Positions 50,855-62,671 of a stretch of 64,000 nt of DNA are shown here, piece by piece. A program made the translations under genes and the position numbers. The notes below the pieces were generated by a model that made no database searches, was not told where the DNA came from, and saw nothing but the letters and a program-made list of their open reading frames with translations. Positions within the stretch are counted from its first letter, which is position 1. Each line of letters begins with the position of its first letter. Source of the stretch: Octopus vulgaris (Eukaryota); contig OX597825.1 in NCBI GenBank assembly GCA_951406725.2, positions 75,454,001 to 75,518,000 on the forward strand, read 5' to 3'.

Positions 50855-51060
50855 GAATTTGGTGGAAAAAAAAAAAAAAAAATGACCACCCCAAAATGCT
50901 TACCATTATTTCATTTGTTTTTATGTTCTGAGTTCAAATTCCACTGAGGCTGACTTTGCCTCTCATCCTTTTGGAGTCGATAAAATAAGTACCAGTTGCA
51001 TACTAATCAACCGTCCCCCTCCCTGCAAAATTTCGGGCCTTGTGCCTTGAGTATAAAAGA

Positions 51061-51139
<79 letters not shown>

Positions 51140-51371
51140 TATGTGTATGTATGTATGTGTATATATATGTGACCTCGTGTGTACCGTTGGCGATTTTGTT
51201 TTCCTCTGTCTTCCCTTCTCTGGATCTTTCCTTCTCCTATGTTTCCAACGAAGAGCTCTGCTCGAAACGTTAAACCCTCCTTTTTTCCTTCTTTCCTGAG
51301 TGTCCAATAATACTATATTTGTCCCACATTCTCGCGTTGTTGTGTTTTTTTGTGCTTTCTTGTTTGGATTA

Positions 51372-51438
<67 letters not shown>

Positions 51439-52133
51439 ATAGATATATACAGACATAGATATATATACATATACATACTCACACACACACATACATGTTT
51501 CTACATAAAACTAAGTCACAATGCTGTGGCATTTTTCTTGAGAAAGGATCACATGTAGACGTATAGTGTTAAATGTCACAGAAGTATCAGTAACAAACAT
51601 CGAGCTTCCTGCAGATGATTAGACAAATTTTGTGCCAGCATCTATATACTAAAACAGTAATTAACAGATGATTGCCACCACAAACAGCTAGCAAGCTAGG
51701 TAAACGTTCATTATCAAGAAAGGAGAGAAAATATAGTCATTCAAATCATGTCTTCTCAGGAAAATGGTTAATTATCTATTTCTTCATATATCATCAAACA
51801 TATTTTCTTTATAAATCTTTTCATTCTGCAACTGCATGTTTTCAAGTTCAGTGCCTCTACCCAGTACCTTGGATAAATGTTGTCATCACTATCCTGGGGC
51901 TGAAGATCAAGTGCCTCTGAGTGAATTTAGAAGTTAGAAATTCTGTATTTATTATCTGAGTGTCACTTAAATGATACCCACTTAATGTCATGTATTGAAA
52001 ATAGGGGTCATGTTCTGTCATGGTTTGTTAGTTATGGATGCCAGTTAATTCTCCTCAAACACGATTTTATAATTGTGAGTGGATCTTTTCTCAAAACTCA
52101 GCTCTAAATTTGATTGGCAATTTAATGACTGTA

Positions 52134-53428
52134 GAGGAGACCGGATCTAGTAGTTGTTACATGGGTAAGTTGTTACAAGCCCATTATTTCCAGCTGTGAG
52201 AAATAGGTGGCACTTGGGTCTCTACCTCATGAAGGCCAACTCCATAGCATGATGACTGCACATGTGTATTGCACTGGTGGGATGTCACCAGGAAAGGTAT
52301 GGCTCAAAAAACGATTTTTTACTCCAAAGGTGAAATTTTGCCACAAAGTTATTTCCTAAAGCACAAGTGGTATTACTGAAGTAGTTTGTGGCTCATTAGA
52401 AAGTGTTGGAAGTTGCTTTCGATACATGAAGGTGTGTCCTGGATGCCATGCATTGCTAGTGCTGTGTATGTGGTAATCCCCAGAAATCCATGGTCGGGGC
52501 TAATTGTTACAGTGTATCAACTTACCCCAGGCATGTAACAACTTACCCCAGGCATGTAACAACTTACCCCTTCTATTTCAGTTTAACACACCATGCTTAG
52601 AAATTACAAAAGGAAGACTACAAGGTGTGGATACCCCTCCTGATGTCATGGAAAGTGCTGCCAGAAAAGTTGTGGTTGAAAAAAACTTATTACGGGATGT
52701 TGGCGTAAAAAAGCGCATAGGGGATGAAATAAACGAACTGAAATTCAAACCTAAGAAAGCAACTGGTACAGAAAAGGCAACAAAGGGGAAAGGAAAGTCA
52801 ACTGAAATGGGCAAAGGCAAAAAGGAAGCAGCCTCACAGCAAGCAAGTCGCTGATTGCAAATGCCTTGTCTGCTCAGATTGGTATTCCAACTCCCTTCTA
52901 GGTGCAGTGCATGATCTGTAAAGACTGGGCACACACTGACAGTACCGATAGACGACAGGACTTTCTGTGTGATCTGTGTGGTGGGAAGTCAATGGAAGAT
53001 GATTCTGATTAGATGGCACATGTAACAATGGGGAAACTGGATGATGAGGACTCTCAGTATCACATTAGGATATGAGGTGGTTCAAAGCACACTTAATAAA
53101 TTAAAATAATACTTCCTAGCTGCAAGAAGGAGACGTATTCATTTTAAACTTGTTTGTTAACATAATTCTGAGTTATCAACAGTTGTAACAAAGCACCCGA
53201 GTAAGTCTCACAACATACCCTGCACTCGGGGAAATTGTTACAGCTGACACCACCTCATTAATTAGAACCTGTCTAATTAATGTTATGCAATTTCTGTTTT
53301 TGGCTGGTGATAACAATTAATAAAGATGTTTTACTAATTAAATCTGAAAAGAAGCTTCAGCTGTGTTCATTTATGTGGTTGCCATAGCAAAAAAATGAAA
53401 AGATGTAACAACTAGATCCGGTCTTCCC
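52134..53428 (+). mobile_element. Non-autonomous pogo-like (Tc1/mariner superfamily) element
   Basis: TA-flanked TIRs GAGGAGACCGGATCTAGT..TTGTTACA / TGTAACAACTAGATCCGGTCTTCCC; internal TGTAACAACTTACCCC repeats at 52515-52570; Lys-rich ORF 52504..52854 followed by a decayed Cys-rich tail (CLVCSDWYSNS), as in pogo-like transposase C-termini. Confidence 0.78.
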
Positions 53429-54237
53429 TACCAAGAATGTTTGAATGAGTTCATCTATTTTTGGTATATTTGTCATTATTAAGCTGGTATTTGGCTGTTT
53501 GAAAACTACAGCTACAATGTCTGAATGAAAGACAGGGAGTTAAGTGAAGTTTACAAATTTAATACATTAACTTCCCCATCCCCAATATTTGATTAATTAA
53601 CTCTTAAAATCATATGGAAAATTTTCCAAGTCAAAAGCCTAGTCTTATAATTATTCTGTGACAAAACAAACCTGAATGATAGAAGAAAGGATAAGGGTTT
53701 ACATTAGACAGTTCACTACTGCCCTCCAAAGGAATGTAAACAAGGTTTGTACATTTCCTTATGGTAGTGGGTCATAGTACAAGAAGTTAAGAGTTAAAAT
53801 TACACTCATGATGAAAAGAAAAATCATTAGTATTAATGATAATCCTTGTTAAAAACAGGAGTGACAACTTCAACATTTAAACAATTAGAATTATGCAGTA
53901 GGGAAAGTGTGAGGTTTGATAAGAATGAATACCAGTATATTTTACGAAGAGGTTTAATAAGACTAAAATGTATCTAGAGTTACCTCCCATCCTTACCAAT
54001 GACCAGACACACTTCTACAGCATGTCTCAATTCAATTTTTTATTATTTTCCTCTAGGAATTATCTCACTTGATTTTGACAGCAGTTATCACTACAGCTAA
54101 TGAACCTTCTTTCAATTACTTTTGTAATTTTGAATGATGTTAAATACGTTTTTTATTACTACATTAAATTTATTAGAAGCCACTTATGTATACATAAGAT
54201 ATTGTTTGATTGACTATCTTGTTGTTTTCTTCTTCAG

Positions 54238-54301
54238 TTATTGTCCTCCTTGCTGTCATCGTGTTCTTCTTGATCATCATCAGCATCGCATTCGTTGCCA
54301 G
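54238..54301 (+). CDS. Novel receptor exon 11 (transmembrane helix VIVLLAVIVFFLIIISIAFVA)
   Basis: TTGTTTTCTTCTTCAG acceptor; 64 nt encoding 21 uncharged, almost entirely hydrophobic residues; CAG|GTAAAA donor; phase 1 to 2. Confidence 0.85.
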
Positions 54302-55391
54302 GTAAAACTCCTTTATTACTAATCTCTACTCTCATTTTATTTCCTTCTTGCGTTTGTATGGGTGTTTGTGGCTATATGTGTGTGTCTGCTTGTGAGCATA
54401 TCTGTGTGTATATTTGTGTTTGCATTTGTCGTTATAACTGTGTATGTTTTCTTAATAAATAACAAACAGGACATTACCAAAGTACTTGTGTATGCATGTG
54501 TATGTGTGCATGCATATATGTGTTTGTGTATATCTGTGTGTTTGTGTGTATGTAAAAATAACAGGAAAACAACATCAATGACATTTCACTATTTCCTTAT
54601 GTTCCTTTCAGTAATGCATACACACCATTTCACTCTTATGTAATGCATGTGTCACTTATTCAGTGTCCTAACAGAAATATGAAGCTTATCGTAATTTTAC
54701 TCATTGTCACAGTCACCTCTGTCCTGCCCCAAATGTCCCACAATAACATGTGTTGACACATTTCCAGCTCTCTCACTACTGCTCTCTTTATTTTACCTTC
54801 TAACTTTACCTTCTGACTCACACAGTCTCTTTAAATTACTCTCTAACTCACTCTCCTTTCTTTTCCAACTGAAGTATGGATGTATCTACTCTACAGCAAA
54901 GCAGCTGTCCCTGTCTTTTACACCTTTAATCTCTCATTAATTGGTACAAAGCCATCTGCTTCCCTTAATGCTACTCTCCAGCTGAGGAGTTTTCGCCTTG
55001 CAAGGTACTTGGTGACCCTGTTGATGCTGGCGTCACGTGAAAAGCACCTAGTACACTCTGGTATTAGAAGGGCATCCAGCAGTAGAAACCATGCCAAAAC
55101 AATGTGGCCTGGTATGGCTCCTGCCCTACTTGCTTCTGTCAAACTGTACAACCAATACAAGAAAGGCAAGTGGACTTTGAAGTTTTTACCTCCCATACCT
55201 TTTACAGTCACTGAACTGTGATCATGCAGGGACACTGCCTTTAGGGGTTTAGTCAAACGAATTGAGCCCAGTATTTATTATATTTTTTAAAGTCTGGTGT
55301 TCATTGTTATAGGGATGTAAACAAGCCAACACAGATTGGTGGTGGACAAACTCAAGCACGAACTCACACACAGATATATACATAAATGTTT

Positions 55392-56135
55392 TGAGGGAAC
55401 CTGTGGAAGAGGTAGACCCAGGAAGACCTGGGATGAAGTGGTGAAACACGATCTTCGAACATTAGGCCTCACCGAGGCAATGACTAGTGACCAAAACTTT
55501 TAGAAATATGCTGTGCTTGAGAAGACCCGGCAAGCCAAGTGAGAACATAACCTCATGGCCCATGCCAGGGGTGTAACCAGCCCACTTATGCGTACCCTTC
55601 TTTCATTGGACACTAAACTCTGCTTGCGAAGACCTGTTGAGGCAAGTGAAATTGCAATCAAATTTGATGACTGGCACCCGTGCTAAGGGAGCGCTATGAG
55701 CACCATCTAAGCATTCGTTGCCAGAGCAGCTAACTGGCTTCCATGCTGGTGGCATGTAAAAAGCACCATTTGAGCTTGATCGTTACCAGCATTGCCTTAC
55801 TGGCACTTGTGCCGGTGGCACATGAAAAAGCATTTGAGCGAGGTCGTTGCCAGTGCAACTAGACTGGCTCCTGTGCAGGTGACACATAAAAACACCATTT
55901 GAGCGTGGCCATTGCCAGTACCGCCCGACTGGCCCTTGTGCCAGTGGCACGTAAAAGCACCCACTACACCCTCAGAGTGGTTGGCATTAGGAAGGGCATC
56001 CAGCTGTAGAAACTCTGCCAGATCAAGATTGGAACCTGGTGCAGCCATCTGGTTTGCCAGTCCTCAGTCAAATCGTCCAACCCATGCTAGCATGGAAAAG
56101 AGACGTTAAACAATGATGATAATGATAAGGATGAT
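55392..56135 (+). mobile_element. RTE LINE 3' end (ORF2 terminus, 3' UTR repeats, (TGA)n tail)
   Basis: EGTCGRGRPRKTWDEVVKHDL; GTGGCACGTAAAAGCACC repeats; conserved tail motif. Confidence 0.88.
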
Positions 56136-57244
56136 GTGTATATGATAGGCTTCTTTCAGTTACTCTCTACCAAATCCATTCACAATGTTTTGAACCTAGA
56201 AGATTTTATACTGATGCTCTTTGCCTGTGAGGAACCTAGCAGAACCTCCTCTCCACCTTACTTGGATGCAACACACATCTGCACACCTCTGTCCAAGCAT
56301 GTCAACAATCTCACTAGACCTACCTTTCAGTATGCCCATATTGAATTTGCCCATTCTAAGGGTATGGAAGGTGTAGGCTAGGGAGACATAGGGATGGGGA
56401 ACAGCATTTTGCATCTGAAAATAAAGCTTGCATGCATGTTTGACAGATGTATCATATAAGTACAAATAGGTTTCAACCAGCATCTTCTTCACTGTCATTT
56501 TATTCACTTCAGATTCACCATGTTTACCAGGAGATAACCACTAGATAGGGATGGAAGTGAGGGGGAGAGCATGCCATATAGGTTTCAGATAGAGGTTCTA
56601 GGAGAAAGACTTCTACTAATAAGGTTTGAGGAAAAATACTTCTATTAGGGGCTTGAGGAGAAATACCACCTGTACAGGTGGTGGGGGTGAGGTGGGTTGA
56701 GTAGGCACACCATGAATAGATAAAGGCCATGTAAAATATCAAAACAGAGTGAAAGCCACTATTTAAACATATGGCATGAAAAACAAGGATTTAGACATAA
56801 TATGAGCAAGATAAAATAAAGTGAGTAACAAAATGAATGAAGCGATGAAATTTTTGAAAATTAGCCCTATGGGAGGAAAAAAAACAAATTGAACATTAGG
56901 ATTTTTTATGCCAAAAGTAGAATTATAAATATAAATTATGAAATATAAAAAAATGAATTATTTCCAATTGATTATAATAATGTGAATTTAGTACATGAAA
57001 TTCATTACATAATTCAATAAATAAATAATATTTTGATGTTAAACAGGTGCAGTTTTACCTCCCATACCTCTCAACTTCATATTTAACACTATATGTCTTA
57101 AAAGGGATCTTTCCGGATGAAAAACTGCAGTTACCAGCATTTAAACGATTCGCGTACGTTAAATATATATTAACAATGTTTACATTAAATAATCTGAATA
57201 TGTGTGTGGGAGTGTGTGTATGTGTGTGTGTGTGTGTATAGGTA

Positions 57245-58140
57245 CATGAGTTAGCATACAACAGTTTTATGTTGTGACGGCACACTGTAAAACTTGTATG
57301 CTAACTCATTGAATATGGAACACCACATTCATAAAATTAACAACCGCAAACTAAGGCAGTGCGCAGGCAGCATCGAAAATAGGCCCTCAAAATTTGATGG
57401 AGACACACATAACAACCTTAGAGACAGTGCAAATACCAACTGCATAACGCATCACAGTAACAATGACTCAAGCAATAACACTAACCAATAGAGAAAAAAC
57501 AACTGCAACAACATTACTAATCAACCAACACATAGTAGCCTCAATAACTCAAACAACAACACAAACACACCCAGAAATAATAAAAATAATAATAGGGTAG
57601 CCACAAGCCCAAATATAAATAGAACCAACTGGACAGATATCAGCTGTGCACACTCAAACAAAAACTGACATTCTATGCTCATGACATACTATGGCATTCT
57701 ATGCTCATGCAGGGACAATTCAAAATGTCCTCTGGGTAACCAATGCAAGACCCAAAATGTCATGTACAAATGCACCATAAATACTAGAGGAGGTCCCTGC
57801 ATATATATTGGCTGATATTTTCAAAAAAATTCTTAAACTGCTATCAACATCATTGGCCAATTCCATCTGGTGACTCAAGGAAGAGAAGGTAAAATACAAA
57901 CTGACCTGGTTAATAGTTATATATGTGAATCCCTACAACACACTATCCCAGAAATGCTGGCTATGTTCTGAGGTATTACTGTCAATATTGTTGACAAAAG
58001 AGTGAGATATTAATAGATTGCTGAGCGACTGCCCAGATGTATGCATACAGCCAAACACCTGTTCATGTAGTACAATGCTAATACATCTAACCAATACAAA
58101 CCATAACCCTGACAACTCAGATTAATTGAGAACCTGATGA
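57245..58140 (+). mobile_element. Penelope-like element relic (linker plus GIY-YIG endonuclease)
   Basis: Translations KCPLGNQCKTQNVMYKCTINTRGGPCIYIG (~57723-57812) and PYNTLSQKCWLCSE (~57931-57972) match the CPLxxxC...VxY...YIG and PY...C.LC..E pattern of PLE GIY-YIG domains; Asn-rich linker upstream; stops present. Confidence 0.72.
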
Positions 58141-58239
58141 ACTGCATCTATGGAGCCTATACTAAGGAAGGACAAGATAAGAATGTTATATGTATTTAGG
58201 TACGTTTGCATAGGACACTTACAGAATGCCACAGTAAGT

Positions 58240-58627
58240 GGATGTAAGCACTCTGTCGGTTACGACGACGAGGGTTCCGGTTGATCCGATCAACGGAACA
58301 GCCTGCTCGTGAAATTAACGTGTAAGTGGCTGAGCACTCCACAGACACGTGTACCCTTAACGTAGTTCTCGGGGATATTCAGCATGACACAGAGAGTGAC
58401 AAAGCCAGCCCTTTGAAATACAGGTACAACAGAAACAGGAAGTAAGAGTGAGAGAAAGATGTGGTGAAAGAGTACAGCAGGGACCACCACCCCCTGCCGG
58501 AGCCTCATGTAGCTTTAGGTGTTTTCGCTCAATAAACACTCACAACGCCCGGTCTGGGAATCGAAACCGCGATCCTACGACCGCGAGTCCGCTGCCCTAA
58601 CCACTGGGCCATTGCGCCTCCACATCA
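58240..58627 (-). mobile_element. Young tRNA-derived SINE (family D) with a 9-bp TSD
   Basis: Minus-strand head GGAGGCGCAATGGCCCAGTGGTTAGGGC (A box) and GGTTTCGATTCCC (B box); CpGs intact; flanking ACAGTAAGT at 58231-39 and 58628-36. Fragments of the same family at ~2350-2435 and ~26630-26815. Confidence 0.88.
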
Positions 58628-58815
58628 ACAGTAAGTAACTAGCATACAGCTTAATAGACTGATTAACTAAATAGACAAAAATTTGCTTTATTGTGTTAAG
58701 TATGGTCAGATTCAGTTATATTTATATATGTTACCTTTGAAATGATACCTTTGGAATGCAACCATGACTCATTAAAGTATGCGAACTAAAAAGTACTAGA
58801 GCATAGCCTCTAAAC

Positions 58816-59016
58816 CAGTGGTTTTCAACCAGGGTTCCGCCAGTACAGTCCAGGCATTCCGCAAGAAGTTACAAAACTGCTAAAATCAGCAGTAATTTTT
58901 AATTCTCCTGTGCAGATATGTGTGCATAAGACTATTAAATTATTGCACAGGGGTTCCTTGAGCCAGTGGAATGTTTCCTTGGGGTTCTGCTCCAGCAAAA
59001 AGTTTGAAAAGCACTG
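58816..59016. mobile_element. hAT (Charlie-like) MITE
   Basis: TIR CAGTGGTTTTCAACC / TTTGAAAAGCACTG; perfect 8-bp TSD CTCTAAAC (58808-15 and 59017-24). Confidence 0.92.
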
Positions 59017-59162
59017 CTCTAAACCATTGTAACAGATGAACTATTTAGAGAGGCAAAAATATGCCTTTCTATATCTTTACGCTTGTGTACAGATATTAAT
59101 GTGTTCATATAAGTTCAGATATGTAATCTTACAATGCAGCTGTATATTAACAGCAACAACAA

Positions 59163-59200
<38 letters not shown>

Positions 59201-59559
59201 ATAATAATAATAATGATAATAATAATGATAATATATTGATATATGCCAACAATTAGTTACAGTTTGAAAGACTAACGAGATGCAGGAATGTGTATGTGTG
59301 CAAATATATGTGTGCGTGTAGGTGTGTATAGATATATATATATATATATATACATATGTGAGTGTGTGTGTGAGGAGGGTGGAGCAGGGGTATGTGCGGG
59401 TGTTTGCATACGTGCATGTATATGGGCCACACATGCATGCGTTTGTGTGTGTGTGTGAGTGTGAGTGCATATGTATGTATATAAAAATATATGTATGTAG
59501 GTGGGTATGTGTATGAATATGTATGTATAAACATATACATATGTATAAACATATACATA

Positions 59560-59968
59560 GGCGCAGGAGTGGCTGTGTGGTATGTAGCTTGTTTACCAAC
59601 CACATGGTTCCGGGTTCAGTCCCACTGCGTGGCATCTTGGGCAAGTGTCTTCTGCTATAGCCCCGGGCCGACTAAAGCCTTGTGAGTGGATTTGGTAGAC
59701 GGAAACTGAAAGAAGCCTGTCGTATATATGTATATATATATGTGTGTATGTGTGTGTGTTTGTCCTCCTAGCATTGCTTGACAACCGATGCTGGTGTGTT
59801 TACGTCCCCGTCACTTAGTGGTTCGGCAAAAGAGATCGATAGAATAAGTACTGGGCTTACAAAGAACAAGTCCCGGTGTCGATTTGCTCGACTAAAAGGC
59901 GGTGCTCCAGCATGGCTGCAGTCAAATGACTGAAACAAGTAAAAGAGTAAAAGAGAGAGTAAAGAGTA
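59560..59968 (+). mobile_element. tRNA-derived SINE family A, full-length
   Basis: GGCGCAGGAGTGGCTGTGTGG (A box), GGGTTCAGTCCC (B box), internal microsatellite, (AGTAAAAG)n tail. Confidence 0.9.
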
Positions 59969-60957
59969 TATGGACATGTGTATATAAATGTGTAAATGTA
60001 AGTGTGAGTGTATGTATGCATGTAGGTACGTATATATAGGTGTAGGGGTGTGTGATTCACCCTTGGTGATATAGATGTGGAGCGAGTCAGACTGCCTGTG
60101 AACTGCTCTGGTCTTGAGGTGATTGTGATGACAGGCTAATGGTGAGTTTGTTTTCCAACCATAAATTATAAGAACTACGGCTGAAATTGACCTTATAGGT
60201 GAGTGGGCCAACATCCCTTGTGTGTGAGTATATATGAGAGTGTGAGTGTGAATGTATGTATATGCATCACGACTTAAGCTAGCTTGCTAAATAATCTTTT
60301 GCCCTCAAGACATTCTTGCCTGCATATACCGTTCCCTCCCTTTTCTTGTACCATTCATTTGTCTTAAAATCGATGTAACTCAATCTATCCCTGTCCATCC
60401 ATTCACTTAACATACAATTTTTTTTTATCAACAGTTATTTGTCTATATTTACAAATGTTTGTACAATTTTCAATTATTATTATCTTTCTATAAAAATTTC
60501 AATGTTTCATTCCCTAACCAAACGGACAAATAACAGCAAGACAGCCAAGATCTTTAGTGAGGCCCAACATTAAGTATGGGTGCACCTGATGAGACACAAT
60601 ATGGTGTACCTGATGAGATCCATGTTGCAAAATGGATGCAACTCATGTTGAACGGAGTTCCCTCATAAGGGACAGTAACAGGATGGGTTGAAATGATCAT
60701 TGTACAAAATAAAGATAAATACCAAATCCGTCTTCTAGTTACTTAAGAAATTATCTTATCCGTATGCATATATATATATAGTCCAAACATAAAAACACAA
60801 AGAGAAAACACAACATATATATATATATACAAAATTAAGAGGAATGACCACTGAAGTGGACACATAATATGCTAAACATAGACGTCAAATCTTCGGATTT
60901 TTTAAATATGCTAAGCTACTGATTTTAATTGATGAATATCAATTTCTACCCTTATTA

Positions 60958-60988
<31 letters not shown>

Positions 60989-61053
60989 GTAATGACATCA
61001 GATGTACCACAGGGATCTGTACATGGACCCTTTTGTTTGCTATATATATATTA

Positions 61054-61120
<67 letters not shown>

Positions 61121-61509
61121 GGGCTTCTTTCTGTTTCCATCTACCATATCCACTTGCTAGGCTCCGGTTGGCCTGAGACTATAAGTAGCACATCACAAAA
61201 CAAGCTTATTGTGTTTGTGTATGTGTATATGTTTGTATACTTCATTTTGTTTTTTGCTTATATTTTAAGAGTTGAAGCATGTAAATAGAAGGGAAGGATT
61301 AAATAAAAATGAATTTTAAAAAAAATCTTTGAACTTTGTTAAGGGATAACTTAAATGTTTTGCACCACATACAGACATATTTCTGAATTATTATTATTAT
61401 TATTTCATAACTATAGTTCTAAGGCTAACTCTGAATGTTTCTATTAAAAGTATATACATAGATATATGTATGTATATATATATATATATATATATATTGG
61501 TTATTGCAG

Positions 61510-61720
61510 ATGCAAAATGACAAAAAATAAGAACAAACAGAAAGGTAACACATCAACTCTAAAAGTCAGTGGTGAAGATAATGGCTGTTGGAACCTGCCA
61601 TATGCAAGTCAAGAATCAGGCTGTGTCCTGCGAAACTCTGAAGAAATTTATGCAAACATGAATCCAAGCTTAAAAATGCCACCGAGACTCCATGATAGTG
61701 AAGGATATTGGGGACTATAA
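61510..61720 (+). CDS. Novel receptor exon 12 (cytoplasmic tail RCKMTKNKNKQK...YASQ...EEIYANM...EGYWGL*)
   Basis: TTATTGCAG acceptor in phase 2, matching the TM exon; basic stop-transfer residues; TAA at 61718-20 overlapped by AATAAA at 61720-25. Confidence 0.8.
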
Positions 61721-62144
61721 ATAAAAACCCTTCCTTAGCCTGTTTATAATCCTGATGTTGAATAACTTTACACACAATCTATCATATATACATGCTGACA
61801 ATAATTTCAGTGTTGAGCAATTTGGTCTTTTTCTTCTATATTTGGGAAATTTTCCTTTTTTAAGTCAGCCATGTTATTAACATGAAAATTTGAAAAATAT
61901 ACTACATTACCTTTTTTCACTTTTTTCAGTCTTAGACTGCGTCCATGCTGGGGCACCGTCTTGACGATAAATATTTTCTAAAAGATGTATTTTTAACTTA
62001 AAAAGAAATCTAAAGATTAAAAAAATGTTTCAAAAATGATTCTTTTTGTTTTAATTTATTTTTTAATTAATTCATCATCATCGTCATTATCATCACCACC
62101 ACACCACCACCAACAACAACAACACCACCATCATTATTATTATT

Positions 62145-62670
62145 AAGGCATTGAGTTGGCAAGATCGTTAGCACACTGGCTGAAAAGCTTGGCAGTATTT
62201 CACCTGTTTTCATGTTCTGAGTACAAGTTCCACCGATGTTGACTTCACCTTTCATCCTTTCAGGGTTGATATATTCAGTACCAGTTGAGTACTGGGGGTC
62301 AATATAACTGACTAGCCCCCTCCCCCAAATTTCAAACCTTGTACCTATAACAGAAAGGATCATTGTCATCATCATGATCGTTGTTGTTGTTGCTATTATT
62401 ATTATTATTAAATTGAGAGTGGAGAGAACTACTAGCATTCCAGAAAAAATGCTTAGTGGTACTTCATCTGTCTTCAGGTTTGTAGTTCAAATTCCCCTGA
62501 AGTTAGCTTTGCCTTTATTCTTTTGGGGTTCAATGACCACTGAGCTCTGGGTTTGATGTAACCAACTCCCTCCCCCAAATTTCAGGCCTTGTGCTTACAG
62601 TAGAATACATTATTACTATTTGGTTTCCAATTTTGGCACAAAGCCAGCAATTTAGGAGAGAGGCTAGTCG
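62145..62670. mobile_element. SINE family B fragments
   Basis: GAGTTGGCAAGATCGTTAGCAC...CCTTTCATCCTTTCAGGGTTGAT...AGTACCAG; a second degenerate copy from ~62415. Confidence 0.72.
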
Positions 62671-62671
62671 A

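Noticed and set aside
52504-52854. 116-aa Lys-rich ORF as a host gene
   Set aside because: Lies within pogo-like TIRs, starts in subterminal repeats and resembles a transposase C-terminal remnant.
57047-57152. Possible extra receptor exon (ACAG|GTG... to TTCGC|GTACGT)
   Set aside because: The open frame needs a phase 0 or 1 entry, but the TM exon ends in phase 2; in phase 2 it stops after RCSFTSHTSQLHI. The pyrimidine tract is weak. It cannot be fully excluded as a short-tail isoform.
58545-58623. tRNA-like sequence on the minus strand
   Set aside because: It is the head of a SINE with body and TSD; no proper acceptor stem, so not called as a tRNA gene.
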